This document shows positions 26,165-35,808 of a DNA stretch of 64,000 bases, one piece after another. Below the pieces are notes generated by a model. That model did not search any database, was not told where the DNA came from, and was given only the letters and a program-made list of their open reading frames with translations. Both the position numbers and the translations under genes were made by a program. Source of the DNA: an uncultured Candidatus Saccharibacteria bacterium (GTDB lineage Bacteria; Patescibacteriota; Saccharimonadia; Saccharimonadales; Saccharimonadaceae). Within the stretch, counting starts at the first letter, position 1. Each line of letters begins with the position of its first letter. The stretch covers positions 202,648-266,647 of the forward strand of contig CALFPG010000012.1 of NCBI GenBank assembly GCA_937921475.1. Direction: 5' to 3'.

Positions 26165-26191
26165 TTAGCACTCACACTTGACGAGTGCTAA
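26165..26191 (+). promoter_or_regulatory. CIRCE operator (HrcA binding site)
   Basis: TTAGCACTC-acacttgac-GAGTGCTAA matches the TTAGCACTC-N9-GAGTGCTAA consensus exactly. It lies directly upstream of groES. Confidence 0.9.
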
Positions 26192-26237
26192 ATTGGTGCG
26201 TTACAATAGATACGTTGTTAACGAAATGGAGGATAAC

Positions 26238-26507
26238 GTGAGTACACCTATTAAGCCTCTTGGCGACCGTGTTGTAGCGGTGCGTGAAGAAGCAAAGACT
26301 CAGACAGCGAGCGGAATTTACTTGCCTGATAACGCTAAAGAAAAGCCAGTAGTTGCGGAAGTTAAAGCAGTTGGCGGCGATGTGAAGAACGTCAAAGTCG
26401 GTGATCGAATTGTCTATAAGGAATATTCGACTACGGATTTGAAAATTGACGGCACGGAATATTTGGTTGTTCGCGAAGAAGATATTTTAGCAACGGTTGT
26501 TGGATAA
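26238..26507 (+). CDS. groES: co-chaperonin GroES
   Basis: VSTPIKPLGDRVVAV... with GGAGG 5 nt upstream of GTG 26238. In-frame ATG 26226 is an alternative start. The ORF-track start at 26178 lies inside CIRCE. Confidence 0.88.
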   Translation: MSTPIKPLGDRVVAVREEAKTQTASGIYLPDNAKEKPVVAEVKAVGGDVKNVKVGDRIVYKEYSTTDLKIDGTEYLVVREEDILATVVG

Positions 26508-26523
26508 AAAGGGGAGTTTAATT

Positions 26524-28167
26524 ATGGCAAAAAAAGTTTTTTATGATGACGATGCGCGAAATCGCGTGCTTGGCGGTGCTAAATCGCTATACGACGCAGT
26601 TAAAGTAACTTACGGTCCAAAGGGTCGCAACGTTGTGATTGCGAAAGGTTTTGGCGGTCCAACTGTTACTCATGACGGCGTAACTGTGGCTGAAGGAATT
26701 GAATTGCCGGAAAATGATGACGAAACGCTAGGTTATAAAGTTGGTGCCGATTTAATCAAGCAGGCCGCTAAGAACTTGAACAAGCAAGCAGGCGATGGCA
26801 CAACGACTGTAACGGTGTTGACATACTCGATTTTGAAAGAGGCGAATCGATTGATTGCGGCTGGACATAATCCGATGGAACTTAGGAAAGGCATCGAGCA
26901 AGCTGGCGCGGAAATTGTTAAAGAATTGAACAAATTGGCTGAGCCGATTGAAGGCAAATCTGACCGCGTGGCTGAAGTTGCTACGATTTCGGCGGGAGAT
27001 GCGGAAATCGGTAAATTGATCGCTGGCGTGATTGAGAAAGTCGGTAAAGACGGCGTTGTTACTGTTGAGGCTGGTCAAGGTTTGGAGTTAGAAGCCGAAG
27101 TTGTTGAAGGTTTTAGCTTGGACAAGGGTTGGGTGAGCCCGTTCTTTGTTACTGACGCGGGTCGCCAGGAAGCTGTGTACGAAAAGCCAGCAATTCTAAT
27201 CACCGACAAGAAGATTTCTAGCGTGCAGGAATTCCTGCCAATGTTGGAAAAATTGGCACAAAGCGGCAAGAAAGACGTGGTTTTGATCGCTGATGAAGTT
27301 GAAGGCGAGGCATTGAGTATTTTGGTACTGAACAAGCTGAAGGGCGTATTCAACACCGTAGCCGTTAAGGCGCCAAGTTTCGGTGATCGTCGTAAAGATG
27401 TACTTCGTGATATTGCCGTGCTGACTGGCGCGACTGTGATTTCTGAAGATCATGGATTGACATTCGAAAACGCTGGCTTGGAAGTTTTGGGCTCGGCGCG
27501 CAAGGTGATTGTTGGTAAAGACGAAACGACAATTATCGAAGGTGCGGGCAAACCTTCAGGTGTGAAAGAACGAATTGCTGAAATTAAATCGCTTTCAGAA
27601 AATGCTTCTAGTGAGTACGAGAAAGAGCAATTCGACAAGCGTGCTGCGGCATTGTCTGGTAAGGTTGCGGTTATTAAAGTTGGTGGCGCAACTGAGACTG
27701 AAATTGACGAAAAGAAATTCCGCGTTGATGACGCCGTGGCGGCTACTAAGGCGGCTTTGGCTGAGGGGATTGTCGCTGGTGGTGGCGTAACTTTGGTCAA
27801 TTTGGCTGGCAATCTAAAAGTTAGCGGCGCGGATAGTTTGTCGGTCGGTCGACAAATCCTAAAAGACGCTCTGAAGCAACCATTCTTGCAGATTATGAAA
27901 AATGCTGGGTTGAATGCTGACGCGTTACTTGCTCAAGTTGAATCTGGCAAACCTGGGTTCGGTGTTAACGTTATGAAGCCAGAAGATGGTCTGATTGACG
28001 TGAAGAAGGCTGGTGTTATTGATCCAGCTCGTGTGACTAAAGAAGCTGTTCAAAATGCGGTGTCAATTGCGTCAACTGCGGCAACTATGGGCGCTTTGGT
28101 GGTTGATATTCCAGAGGCTGAAGTTGCAGCTGCTCCTGGCGGTATGCCGGGAATGGGTATGATGTAA
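26524..28167 (+). CDS. groEL: chaperonin GroEL
   Basis: MAKKVFYDDDAR..., AGDGTTT motif and a GGMPGMGMM C-terminus. Confidence 0.97.
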   Translation: MAKKVFYDDDARNRVLGGAKSLYDAVKVTYGPKGRNVVIAKGFGGPTVTHDGVTVAEGIELPENDDETLGYKVGADLIKQAAKNLNKQAGDGTTTVTVLTYSILKEANRLIAAGHNPMELRKGIEQAGAEIVKELNKLAEPIEGKSDRVAEVATISAGDAEIGKLIAGVIEKVGKDGVVTVEAGQGLELEAEVVEGFSLDKGWVSPFFVTDAGRQEAVYEKPAILITDKKISSVQEFLPMLEKLAQSGKKDVVLIADEVEGEALSILVLNKLKGVFNTVAVKAPSFGDRRKDVLRDIAVLTGATVISEDHGLTFENAGLEVLGSARKVIVGKDETTIIEGAGKPSGVKERIAEIKSLSENASSEYEKEQFDKRAAALSGKVAVIKVGGATETEIDEKKFRVDDAVAATKAALAEGIVAGGGVTLVNLAGNLKVSGADSLSVGRQILKDALKQPFLQIMKNAGLNADALLAQVESGKPGFGVNVMKPEDGLIDVKKAGVIDPARVTKEAVQNAVSIASTAATMGALVVDIPEAEVAAAPGGMPGMGMM

Positions 28168-28189
28168 ATCTGCCCCGAGCAATAAAAAT

Positions 28190-28212
28190 CCCGCCGAAAA
28201 TGGCGGGTTTTT
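28190..28212. terminator. bidirectional intrinsic terminator between groEL and the convergent gene
   Basis: Stem CCCGCC/GGCGGG with a 6-nt loop, flanked by an A-run upstream and TTTTT downstream. Confidence 0.75.
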
Positions 28213-28228
28213 ATTTTGGAGAAATGAC

Positions 28229-28738
28229 TTAACGAGGATTTGAGAAATAGTCGATCTCTTTAATGATATCCAGTAGAGCCTGAGCGCGGCGAGCTTCGTC
28301 GACAATAGCTATGGCAGCGTCGTGTGCCGGCGCGATCAGAGTTTTATCGTCCGTAGAACGAAGAAGTAATAGGTAAGTGTCAAACTTTTCTTCTGGAGAA
28401 ACGTCCAGCTTGTCGACTAATGGACGCAACTCGTTCAAAGCTGTTTGCTTAATTGTATCAAGCGCAGGATCTGCGGCTGTAGCTGGAGCTGGAGCGCTGA
28501 CTGATGGAGTTGGCATGACTGGCTCTGGAGCGGCAGGCTTCATTATGTCAGTAGCAGGCTCATCGTTCTGGTCTGTAGCGACAGGATCCGGTGAGATGGT
28601 TGCAGGATTAATTACAGGTGAAGCTGTAGCATTTGTCTCTTCGAATTGTAAATTATTGTCTGTACCTTGTGACACGCCAGCTAATACCTTAGCCAGTTCT
28701 TGGTCGTCACTGAATGATTGATTAGCTTGAGAATCCAT
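28229..28738 (-). CDS. hypothetical acidic protein with P/A-rich centre
   Basis: 169-aa ORF. No family recognised. Confidence 0.5.
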   Translation of the reverse strand: MDSQANQSFSDDQELAKVLAGVSQGTDNNLQFEETNATASPVINPATISPDPVATDQNDEPATDIMKPAAPEPVMPTPSVSAPAPATAADPALDTIKQTALNELRPLVDKLDVSPEEKFDTYLLLLRSTDDKTLIAPAHDAAIAIVDEARRAQALLDIIKEIDYFSNPR

Positions 28739-28815
28739 TATAACCCACCTTATATATTAAATTGTTTAAGCTTATATATGTTACACTATAACATGAGTTA
28801 ATCAAGGAGCGCAAG

Positions 28816-29856
28816 ATGTTAGATGATATGAATGTGATAAAACAATACGATCCAGGCGACGTTTTAAGCGGCGTTTTGAATATTCCAGAACAAGCTCGAT
28901 ATGAAGTGCCGATTCACGAAGGTGCGAATCAGCGCCGAGATTTTAAGAATATTGTGATCGCGGGAATGGGCGGTTCGGCTTTAGCGGCTGATATGGTTCG
29001 AGTTTTGACCGCGGGCTGGTTGCATATTCCACTTGAAGTGGTGAAGGGCTATGATTTGCCGGGATTTGTGAGCGAGGAAACATTGGTTATTGCGGTTAGT
29101 CATTCGGGCAATACCGAGGAAACTCTGAGTTGTTATCAGCAAGCATTGGAGAAGAAGGCGTGTCTGGCGGCTATGTCGACTGGTGGAGAGTTGATTGAGC
29201 GAGCGAAGAATGACAATGTAACTTACGCCCAAGTTCCAGCTGGTGCGCAGCCGCGAATGTCGACGGTTTACCATCTGCGAGGATTGTTGAAACTATTACA
29301 ACATTTTTGGGTGATTGATAATGATTTGTATGATCAGGTAAAAAATAGCGCTGATTGGTTGGCGGGCGAGATATCTAATTGGACAGCTAAAACGCCAGAA
29401 GTTGATAATTTGGCGAAGCAGATTGCGAAATTAACAATTGGCAAGACGTTGGTTGTTTTTGGTGGTGAATTGACTTGGCCGTTGGCGTATAAGTGGAAAA
29501 TTAGCTGGAATGAATCGGCGAAGAATCTGGCGTTCTCGAATCAATATCCAGAATTTAATCACAATGAATTTATTGGATGGTCGTCGCATCCAGTAGAGAA
29601 GCCGTTTACGGTTTTTGATATTCGTAGCAATTTGGAGCGGGACAGAATCCGTGAGCGAATGGAGCTTAGCGATCGTTTGTTGAGTGGCAAGCGACCAAAG
29701 GCGCACGTACTGGAACTTCGAGGAAAGACGCTTATGGAGCAATTGCTGTGGGGTTTGGTGCTGGCTGATGCGGCTAGTATTTACACAGCTATTCTCAATG
29801 GAGTCAATCCTGGTCCAGTTCAGTTAATTGAAAAATTGAAAGCGGAACTTAGTTAA
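28816..29856 (+). CDS. bifunctional phosphoglucose/phosphomannose isomerase (SIS-domain, archaeal-type)
   Basis: GMGGSALAADMV and SHSGNTEET SIS motifs, about 345 aa. AAGGAG SD. Confidence 0.75.
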   Translation: MLDDMNVIKQYDPGDVLSGVLNIPEQARYEVPIHEGANQRRDFKNIVIAGMGGSALAADMVRVLTAGWLHIPLEVVKGYDLPGFVSEETLVIAVSHSGNTEETLSCYQQALEKKACLAAMSTGGELIERAKNDNVTYAQVPAGAQPRMSTVYHLRGLLKLLQHFWVIDNDLYDQVKNSADWLAGEISNWTAKTPEVDNLAKQIAKLTIGKTLVVFGGELTWPLAYKWKISWNESAKNLAFSNQYPEFNHNEFIGWSSHPVEKPFTVFDIRSNLERDRIRERMELSDRLLSGKRPKAHVLELRGKTLMEQLLWGLVLADAASIYTAILNGVNPGPVQLIEKLKAELS

Positions 29857-29857
29857 T

Positions 29858-31069
29858 TTAATATCGTAGAGATTCGATAGGGTCGCGTCTGGTGGCGCGG
29901 GCTGCTGGATATACGCCAGAAATTACGCCGATGATTATTGACAGTCCAATTGATAAGACGGCTGTTTGCCAATAAATATAAGGTGTGAGAGGTAAGTATA
30001 AGCTGGCAATATAAGCTCCTGCCAAGCCTAACCCGTAGCCCAATATTCCGCCGAGGAATCCGATAATCGCTGCCTCGATTAGGAATTGATTGATGATATC
30101 CCAGCCTGTGGCGCCGACGGCTCGTCTAACGCCGACTTCACGCTGGCGCTCGGCGACATTGACAAGCATCACGTTCATAACGCCTATTCCACCAATTAAC
30201 AGAGAAATAATGCCGATGACAGTTAAGATTATCGAGAGAAACCTCGCGACATTAGACTTCTTTTCGTTTATCTCTTCGCCGGAAACGATTCGATAATTCT
30301 TATCGCTATCATGATTCTTCTTCAAAATATCGTCAGCCGATTTTATGACTGAATTGAGATTTTTATGATCTTTGGTAGTCACGATGATTTGCTGAATTTG
30401 CGGCGTTCCTTGAGTGAATTTTTTAATCACAGACAATGGAATAATGGCGGCGTTATTAAAATTCACGTCCAAATAACTGGCTTGATTTTCAATATTCTTC
30501 AACACGCCAACAACAGTCAATGGTTGATTTCGGATGTAAATAACGTTTCCGATGGATCTTTCGGTGCCGAACAAATCGACCGACAATTGCTGACCGACGA
30601 CAACTCCGCCGATGTCGTTAATAAATTGCCCAGTAGCAATTTGCAAATTAGCGATGTCTTTTAGCGATTCCGTGCTGCCGATTAACGCGGCGTTTTGGAT
30701 ATCGACTTTACCTTCGCGGGCGCGCAGTTCGGCGTGTAGAAATGCAATTGGCGCGGCTTTCGTGTTGGCAATTTTTTCTATATCCCTGGCGTCCGTTTCA
30801 GTCAATGTATTGACCGTCGTCGTGTTGTCGGATTCGGTCAGTAGATTCGGAACGGCTTTTTGATTGCCAGACTTAACAATGGCGACAGGAGTGGATGATT
30901 GGTTGGAATTGTCGCCGAATAGGTGATTAAATCCGCCAGTTAGAGATAGAACCATGGTGATGCTGGCGATACCAATAGCTACGCCTACAATTGTCAAAAA
31001 TGTTCGTCCACGATTAGCTCGTAGTGCCTGAGTAGCGTTCTCAAAATGATTTTTTACTAATATTTTCAC
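29858..31069 (-). CDS. ABC transporter permease, MacB/FtsX-like
   Basis: N-terminal TM helix, a large extracytoplasmic domain, and a C-terminal FtsX-type three-TM block (RQREVGVRRAVGAT...). Confidence 0.8.
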   Translation of the reverse strand: MKILVKNHFENATQALRANRGRTFLTIVGVAIGIASITMVLSLTGGFNHLFGDNSNQSSTPVAIVKSGNQKAVPNLLTESDNTTTVNTLTETDARDIEKIANTKAAPIAFLHAELRAREGKVDIQNAALIGSTESLKDIANLQIATGQFINDIGGVVVGQQLSVDLFGTERSIGNVIYIRNQPLTVVGVLKNIENQASYLDVNFNNAAIIPLSVIKKFTQGTPQIQQIIVTTKDHKNLNSVIKSADDILKKNHDSDKNYRIVSGEEINEKKSNVARFLSIILTVIGIISLLIGGIGVMNVMLVNVAERQREVGVRRAVGATGWDIINQFLIEAAIIGFLGGILGYGLGLAGAYIASLYLPLTPYIYWQTAVLSIGLSIIIGVISGVYPAARATRRDPIESLRY

Positions 31070-31860
31070 GATTTTTTCGCCCTCGATTTCTTTGAAGATT
31101 TTTGCTTCTTAGGTTTTTCTTCTTTTTCGTCGTCTACGATTAACTTCTTAGTGAACTTGCGCTTTTCCTTATGCTCGTCAGTGTCGATTTTTCCGTCCAA
31201 CATAGTGATGACGCGACTGGCGTAATGAGTCAATTCTGGGTTGTGAGTAACCATAATTATGGTGTTGCCGCGACGGTGTAGGTCGGACAATTCTTCCATA
31301 ATAAGATGACTAGATTTGCTATCCAAATTTCCTGTTGGCTCGTCGGCTAAGATAATTGACGGACTATTAACCAACGCTCTGGCAATTGCTACGCGCTGAA
31401 CCTGACCGCCAGATAATTGATGCGGCATGTAATATTCGCGCTGTCCCAGATGAAAAGTTTTCAGAATGCGGCTAGCTTCCTGGAGTCGTTTGACTTTCCC
31501 GAGTCCTTTATACGTTAGCGGCAACGCCACGTTTTCAATTACAGTCAGGCGAGGGATAAGATTGAAATTCTGGAAAACGAAGCCGATGTGTTTGGAGCGA
31601 ATTTTGGCGCGTCGTCGTGAGCTGAGATTGTCGACAGCGACATCGTCCAGGTAGTATTCTCCCTCTGATGGCTGGTCTAATAGTCCAAGGGTGTTTAATA
31701 AAGTAGTTTTTCCGCAACCGCTTGGTCCCATAATAGCGATAAACTCACCCTTTTTAACGGTTAAATCGACGTTATCTAAGGCGCGAATCTCAGCGTCGCC
31801 AAAGCCAAATTTTTTGGTGACATTAACAAGCCTAATGCGTGGTGGAATAGTTTCTTTCAT
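31066..31860 (-). CDS. ABC transporter ATP-binding protein (MacB/LolD-like) with Lys-rich C-terminal tail
   Basis: Walker A GPSGCGKTT, signature LSGGQVQRV, Walker B ILADEPT. I trimmed the ORF-track start at 31968 to ATG 31860 because it overlaps tRNA-Ser. Confidence 0.88.
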   Translation of the reverse strand: MKETIPPRIRLVNVTKKFGFGDAEIRALDNVDLTVKKGEFIAIMGPSGCGKTTLLNTLGLLDQPSEGEYYLDDVAVDNLSSRRRAKIRSKHIGFVFQNFNLIPRLTVIENVALPLTYKGLGKVKRLQEASRILKTFHLGQREYYMPHQLSGGQVQRVAIARALVNSPSIILADEPTGNLDSKSSHLIMEELSDLHRRGNTIIMVTHNPELTHYASRVITMLDGKIDTDEHKEKRKFTKKLIVDDEKEEKPKKQKSSKKSRAKKS

Positions 31861-31938
31861 CTTTGACTTATTATAGAGAATGAACGCCAGTAAGTGCAAC
31901 CATAAGGGGTAATAAAGTTGTGGTATAATTATCAACAA

Positions 31939-32028
31939 GGAAGGGTGCAGGAGTGGTTGAACTGGCACGCCTGGAACGCGTGTAACGGAGCAATCTGTTC
32001 GAGGGTTCGAATCCCTCTCCTTCCGCCA
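31939..32028 (+). tRNA. tRNA-Ser (anticodon GGA), CCA encoded
   Basis: Hand fold: GGAAGGG acceptor, anticodon arm CACGC-CTGGAAC-GCGTG, 18-nt variable arm, T arm GAGGG-TTCGAAT-CCCTC. Confidence 0.9.
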
Positions 32029-32150
32029 GGTGTGTTTTTGGAATTACACTAGTCGAGAATGGTATTAAAAACCTTACAAAGTCTAACCTTAATTGACTCT
32101 GAGATAAATTTAGTCTGTTCGTTAGATTATATTGGCAAGGACTTGGATTA

Positions 32151-33095
32151 CTATTGTTTCAGGGATAATTCCGAATAAAAGTTGACTATAGTTATTGCGG
32201 CATCTACCGCCAGCCTTGCTTCGATAGCTGTCGGTTTTGGTATTTTGCTAGTATGGGAATGTCCACTGCCTTTATTATTTCGTAGTTCCGCGATTCCGTT
32301 CACGATTTGAGATAGACCGCTGATAATAGCTCTAATTTCTTTTAACTCTGACCTATTTAATTTGAAGTAGTCTCTAGCTTTTGACATCAATTGTATTATT
32401 GATAATTTGTTAACATCCTCTTCTATCTTGCTGTCTAGTATACCCTGAAGACAGGTCTCAATATATTCTTTTGCCATTACGATGGCTTTTACTGCATCTG
32501 TTTTTATCATAGCTAGCATTAGTTCCGATTGGTCCTTCTGATATTGACTTGAAAAGGTTACTTCCGTATTTTTGAGTCGTTTTTCCGTAACTACATCTTT
32601 TATCAAGAGAACTGGCTCATATTTTTCTATTTCCGGTAGTTCAAGCTCTTCTGGAATATAGCTACCACCGCTATCCCGTAGAAATTCAAGACATCGAGAC
32701 ATCCAGTTTGCATAATCTTTTCTTATTTCTACGCCTACGCCCACTTCATCCAGATTCTTTTCCAAGGAAAAAACACTTTTAATAAGCAAAGATAATTCCC
32801 GACTTTGTGCGGCATTGAAATGACGATTTTTGCGTACTTTTTCATGCATAAAATCGAGTAGTTTGTTTAGTCGATCGTGAATACACGCAAAAATTACTTT
32901 GCAATCATTCGGTGTGTCTTCGTATATTTCGATTATTGTAGAGCTTGGTTGATATGGCTCTATATTAAAACCACTATTGCCTAGATACAGATTTTCAAAA
33001 ATTTCTGCTCTTTCCACTAGGCAATTACTTTGGTAGTAGTCATTTAAAATAAGCTTTCTTTTATCGACCGCCATAGTTTGCCTTTTCAAAAACAA
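32151..33095 (-). CDS. abortive-infection-like protein with Abi_C-type C-terminal domain
   Basis: The C-terminal GIAELRNNKGSGHSH...ARLAVDAAITIVNF matches my memory of the Abi_C motif (RN..G.GHG). It overlaps the upstream methylase 3' end (35 nt, or 14 nt if Met8 is the start). Low GC. Confidence 0.55.
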   Translation of the reverse strand: MFLKRQTMAVDKRKLILNDYYQSNCLVERAEIFENLYLGNSGFNIEPYQPSSTIIEIYEDTPNDCKVIFACIHDRLNKLLDFMHEKVRKNRHFNAAQSRELSLLIKSVFSLEKNLDEVGVGVEIRKDYANWMSRCLEFLRDSGGSYIPEELELPEIEKYEPVLLIKDVVTEKRLKNTEVTFSSQYQKDQSELMLAMIKTDAVKAIVMAKEYIETCLQGILDSKIEEDVNKLSIIQLMSKARDYFKLNRSELKEIRAIISGLSQIVNGIAELRNNKGSGHSHTSKIPKPTAIEARLAVDAAITIVNFYSELSLKQ

Positions 33096-33840
33096 ATAAA
33101 TATTCGTGCGCCAACAGAAGAAAATTATATTTTATGCTATTCGTTTTCCAGTAACCGGTTGCTCGGCAGTTGTGTTGTTCTTTCATGACGATTTCTTTTA
33201 GTGTAAAGCCGGCTTCTTCGAATACTCGCATTGTTTTAAAACTTAGCGGAATCACGTGACCTTTTTGGCGCGTGTCGCCCATTAGAATTGCACAGAATTT
33301 ACCAAACTTTAATACACGGTAGCTTTCTGATGCTACACTTTTCATTTGTTCTAGAAATTCATTAACTTTAAAGTTTGACAAATCTTGTGGAATATCTTGG
33401 TCTTTGCTGTAGTGGATGATATTTGCATATGGCGGATGTGTGCATATTAGGTCGATGCTTTCGTCAGGAAGTGGTTTTAAGTTTCGTGCATCACATTTCA
33501 ACACCTTAACTATGCCGTCTGCGCCCTCATGTTTGAATTTAACTTTTTCACGACATCTTTGAAGTGCGACTGGATTAACGTCCATTCCAATAATGTTACG
33601 GTTTAATAATTTTGCCTCCACTAATGTGGTGCCGCCACCGGCGAATTGGTCTAATACCCAGTCATCCTCTTTTGAATAGCGAAGCAGAATATTTCTTGGA
33701 ACGTACGGTGACCAATTTCCTCTCCATTTTGCATCGTGGGTAGCCCAGTTACCGCGATTAGGAAAACTCCAGACGCTGGTCATTTCTAGCTCAAAATCGT
33801 CTGGCTCCCATTTTTTTATCTCTTTCTTTTTGTCGGACAT
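33061..33840 (-). CDS. N6-adenine/N4-cytosine DNA methyltransferase (second methylase of the R-M operon)
   Basis: AdoMet motif VLDQFAGGGTTLVEA..GMDVNP lies upstream of the catalytic tetrapeptide in LICTHPPYANI. 259 aa. Confidence 0.75.
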   Translation of the reverse strand: MSDKKKEIKKWEPDDFELEMTSVWSFPNRGNWATHDAKWRGNWSPYVPRNILLRYSKEDDWVLDQFAGGGTTLVEAKLLNRNIIGMDVNPVALQRCREKVKFKHEGADGIVKVLKCDARNLKPLPDESIDLICTHPPYANIIHYSKDQDIPQDLSNFKVNEFLEQMKSVASESYRVLKFGKFCAILMGDTRQKGHVIPLSFKTMRVFEEAGFTLKEIVMKEQHNCRATGYWKTNSIKYNFLLLAHEYLFVFEKANYGGR

Positions 33841-33845
33841 ATAAA

Positions 33846-34700
33846 CTAAAATCTCTCTATCACACCGCTTTCAAGGTCGTTGATATTATAAATGTCATCC
33901 AATATATCAAATGTTTCTTTTAGGTTGTTTCTGGCACTATTCCAGCCTTTTCCATCGGTAAACCATACGAATTTAAAGCCATCTATCATCTTAGCTTCAA
34001 GTGCAAGCGTTTTATAGCTACGAGCCGTCTCGTTAAGCTTGGAGCCACGACTACCATAAAAATTAGTCTCGATTCCATAGATGCTATTATTGGTTTTAAT
34101 TACAAAATCAAAACGTTTTTCGGTACTGCCTTGGTTGGAAATGGCAGAAAGATCAATGCGCCACTTATTCTCAATTTTACTAAGGTTCATTTCCTTGAAA
34201 TAGTCTTTGTCTTTGACGTAGCCAGCTTTCTGGATAAATCCTTCTACGAGATTTTCCATTAAATGACCGCCGCGGTTCTTGCGACCGTTGGAATCTAGTC
34301 CGGTTTCTATACCAGTAGCATAATCTACTAAGTTGTTGATAATATGATTCGTGATAAGGTCGAATAGACCAGTCTTTCGCATAAAGATTTTATATTGTTC
34401 GGCGGAATAATTCATTTTACTGAAGTTATAGTTATATTCACCGTCTTCATCTATAGCATAAATCTCGTTAGAACGAATCGCTAGCAAGATAGGAATACAT
34501 TTTAATGTTTCTGGATATTTCGCGATAAGATTGTCGAACTCTTGCTCTATATTCTGTGAGCCGACAAGCGTGTTCAAGATATTTAGTTCTATCTTGATAG
34601 CATCTACGTTTTTATAAATCTTTGGAAAGTCGATATAGTAGCCATAGTCGGCAATGCTTTCTCGAAATCCCCCTAGCCATTCATTAAAATTCCTTTTCAT
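33846..34700 (-). CDS. type II restriction endonuclease, DpnII/MboI-like (GATC) candidate
   Basis: 284 aa, sandwiched between two methylase genes. Its size and N-terminus (NEWLGGFRESIADYGYYIDFPKIYKNV) resemble DpnII-family enzymes as I remember them. Not verifiable here. Confidence 0.6.
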   Translation of the reverse strand: MKRNFNEWLGGFRESIADYGYYIDFPKIYKNVDAIKIELNILNTLVGSQNIEQEFDNLIAKYPETLKCIPILLAIRSNEIYAIDEDGEYNYNFSKMNYSAEQYKIFMRKTGLFDLITNHIINNLVDYATGIETGLDSNGRKNRGGHLMENLVEGFIQKAGYVKDKDYFKEMNLSKIENKWRIDLSAISNQGSTEKRFDFVIKTNNSIYGIETNFYGSRGSKLNETARSYKTLALEAKMIDGFKFVWFTDGKGWNSARNNLKETFDILDDIYNINDLESGVIERF

Positions 34701-34713
34701 TTTGTTCCTCTCT

Positions 34714-35778
34714 TTAAAAGTTTGATATTAATAATTCGTTAATTTTTCCGCGTTTGTCGCTATTTCGATTTATCATACGCGTTGCGGATACGCGCCTTAT
34801 ATTCTGTTTTGCGTAAGCTTTATCGAAGAAGTTGTCATCTTTGTTAGTGTTCTTCGGATCGGAATTACTTGCGACTATCTTGGCGCCTTTTTTGTCTAGT
34901 TCTTGAATGAATTTCGCAAGTTCTAATTGGTTTTTATCGTCAAACATACCTTCTGTGTAGGAAGTGAAGCTTGCGGTCGGAGTTAGTGGACGATATGGCG
35001 GATCGAAATAGACAAACGTTTTGTTATCTATGAAGTCGCCGGATTTCTTGTAATCACCGCATACTATATTTACGTTTTGTAGTTTTTTGGATACTATCTT
35101 TAAATTATGCTCGTTGCAAATAATCGGTTTTTTGTACGCACCCATCGGTACGTTATACTCACCCTTACGATTTACACGATATAAGCCGTTAAAGCAGGTT
35201 TTATTAAGGAATATCATTAAGGCAGCTAGCTCAATTCTGTTTTCTTTTTTGGACTTAAGTTCGTTAAAACGTGCGCGCTTGGCTAGATAGACTTCTTTGC
35301 GATCATCGTTGTCTAATGCTAAATAATTATTCTCAAAGTGTCTTAAGACTCCTAATAGTGCGTCAATGTCGTCACGGATGACAGTATATGTGTTTATTAG
35401 TTCGGCGTTGATGTCGCTAATATAGACTTCCTGAAGTTTGAACTTATTCAAAATATCAAAAAGAACCGCGCCACCACCAACAAACGGTTCTGCGTATTTT
35501 GTAATAGTAGTGTCTTTGGAGAATGGGTAATATTGTTCGATCTCCTTGAGTAATTGTCCTTTACCTCCAGCCCATTTTAAGAAAGGTTTTGCTCTGGTGC
35601 TGGTTAATGACGCTTCTTTTGTCCGAGCGTCTAGTGGCTTAATGGCATTATGTGGAATTATCCATGTATTCCCGGCGAATACAGCACCAATAACTCGTCC
35701 TTCAGAACATAGAGCAGCTACTCTCCTTTGAGAAATAGCCCATTTTACAGCCGTTTCTTTTGCCGAAATATAATCCAT
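34714..35778 (-). CDS. Dam-family N6-adenine DNA methyltransferase with N-terminal HTH extension
   Basis: PFLKWAGGKGQLL, EPFVGGGAV and FDPPY motifs. The first 55-60 aa (ISAKETAVKWAISQRRVAALCSEGRVIGAV) form an extra helix-turn-helix-like module. Confidence 0.85.
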   Translation of the reverse strand: MDYISAKETAVKWAISQRRVAALCSEGRVIGAVFAGNTWIIPHNAIKPLDARTKEASLTSTRAKPFLKWAGGKGQLLKEIEQYYPFSKDTTITKYAEPFVGGGAVLFDILNKFKLQEVYISDINAELINTYTVIRDDIDALLGVLRHFENNYLALDNDDRKEVYLAKRARFNELKSKKENRIELAALMIFLNKTCFNGLYRVNRKGEYNVPMGAYKKPIICNEHNLKIVSKKLQNVNIVCGDYKKSGDFIDNKTFVYFDPPYRPLTPTASFTSYTEGMFDDKNQLELAKFIQELDKKGAKIVASNSDPKNTNKDDNFFDKAYAKQNIRRVSATRMINRNSDKRGKINELLISNF

Positions 35779-35808
35779 TTTACCTCGCTTTATTCTACTT
35801 ATTATTAT

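Noticed and set aside
26733-27812. A chain of minus-strand ORFs of 74-120 aa inside groEL. Similar antisense ORFs lie inside valS, nrdA, polA, the helicase, fpg (60334..60837) and the VirB6-like gene (7338..8063, 241 aa).
   Set aside because: All lie antisense to long ORFs with unmistakable conserved motifs. Their translations are low-complexity or Ser/Leu/Arg-rich shadow frames with no start-site signals.
32029-32150. Search for an att-type direct repeat of the tRNA-Ser(GGA) 3' end, or an integrase, delimiting the R-M/Abi islet.
   Set aside because: No copy of the tRNA 3' segment (ttcgaatccctctcc) appears between 32029 and 36100, and there is no integrase or recombinase ORF. The island call rests only on composition and gene content.
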